NCBI GenBank assembly: GCA_963727185.1
Contig: CAVSFP010000016.1
Location: forward strand, 16,032-80,031
Reading direction: 5' to 3'
Length of the DNA stretch: 64,000 nucleotides
Source: an uncultured Actinomycetes bacterium
Lineage (GTDB): Bacteria; Actinomycetota; UBA4738; HRBIN12
Part shown: positions 63,397 to 64,000 of the stretch, piece by piece
Numbering within the stretch: position 1 is the first letter of the stretch
Layout: each line of letters opens with the position of its first letter
Notes under the pieces: generated by a model
What the model saw: only the letters and a program-made list of their open reading frames with translations
Databases searched by the model: none
Told to the model about the DNA's origin: nothing
Made by a program: the position numbers and the translations under genes

Positions 63397-64000
63397 GTGG
63401 GACGCAGGACGAAGGGCGCGCTGTCGTCCGTGGCCGGGCTCGGCACCGCCGGGCCCGTGATGGTGATCGGCGGCGCTGAGGACAAGTTCCGCGACAAGGC
63501 GATCCTCTCCCGGTTCGTGAAGTTCGCGGGCGGCCAGGACGGCCACGTCGTCGTCATCTCCACCGCGTCCTCGCTCGGCGATCAGGCGACGGAGATGTAT
63601 CGGGAGCTCTTCCTGGGGCTGGGCATCGGCACGGTCACCGGATTGCGCCCGGAGGAACGGGAGGAGGCGGACGATCCGTCGTCCGCCGCGACCCTGCAGG
63701 CAGCCACCGGCGTGTACCTGACCGGCGGGAACCAGTCGCGACTGGCATCGGTGGTGGCCGGGACGCGCCTGGGCGACGCGCTCTTCCTGGCGCACGATCG
63801 CGGTGCCGTGTTGGCCGGCACGTCTGCGGGCGCGAGCGCCATGGCGTCGCACATGGTGGCGTTCGGGAGATCGGGCTCGACCCCGAAGAACCGCATGGCG
63901 CAGCTCTCCGCCGGACTCGGGATCCTGCAAGGACTGGTGATCGACCAGCATTTCGAGCAACGCGGACGCATCGGCCGGCTGTTGGCGATCGTCGCGGGCT
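63397..64000 (+). CDS. cphB: Cyanophycinase (peptidase S51), 3'-truncated by the window edge
   Basis: IGGAEDK, TAS, TGGNQ, GTSAGA (Ser nucleophile), IDQHFEQRGR.GRL. Confidence 0.92.
   Translation, partial: MGRRTKGALSSVAGLGTAGPVMVIGGAEDKFRDKAILSRFVKFAGGQDGHVVVISTASSLGDQATEMYRELFLGLGIGTVTGLRPEEREEADDPSSAATLQAATGVYLTGGNQSRLASVVAGTRLGDALFLAHDRGAVLAGTSAGASAMASHMVAFGRSGSTPKNRMAQLSAGLGILQGLVIDQHFEQRGRIGRLLAIVAG

Overview
High-GC chromosomal window from an actinobacterium (inferred from the senX3/regX3-pst, SCO1664/DUF3090, DUF4012 and CGNR families and pervasive leaderless promoters). It holds about 60 genes; I saw no tRNA, rRNA, CRISPR array, integrase or transposase. Many conserved genes carry 1-bp indels that cluster in blocks and are most likely long-read consensus errors, so several CDS calls are stitched across frames by eye. 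Highlights: (1) a co-oriented cluster of six serine-cycle/malyl-CoA enzymes (hpr-ppc, then sga-mcl-mtkA-mtkB) with a paired palindromic operator; (2) a cell-surface region with three tandem orphan NarL-type regulators, a GT-C-like membrane protein, a Flp/Tad pilus operon, an 81-aa sortase-type precursor with only about 24 mature residues, and a DUF4012 protein; (3) a GT2-methyltransferase fusion converging on a GT-C transferase; (4) a pho/pst locus with visible PHO boxes; (5) an archaeal-type MgtE plus PhoU/RCK_C operon; (6) aac(2'), typA, ispH, pheA, corA and the start of cphB. All family assignments come from motif recognition, not database searches.
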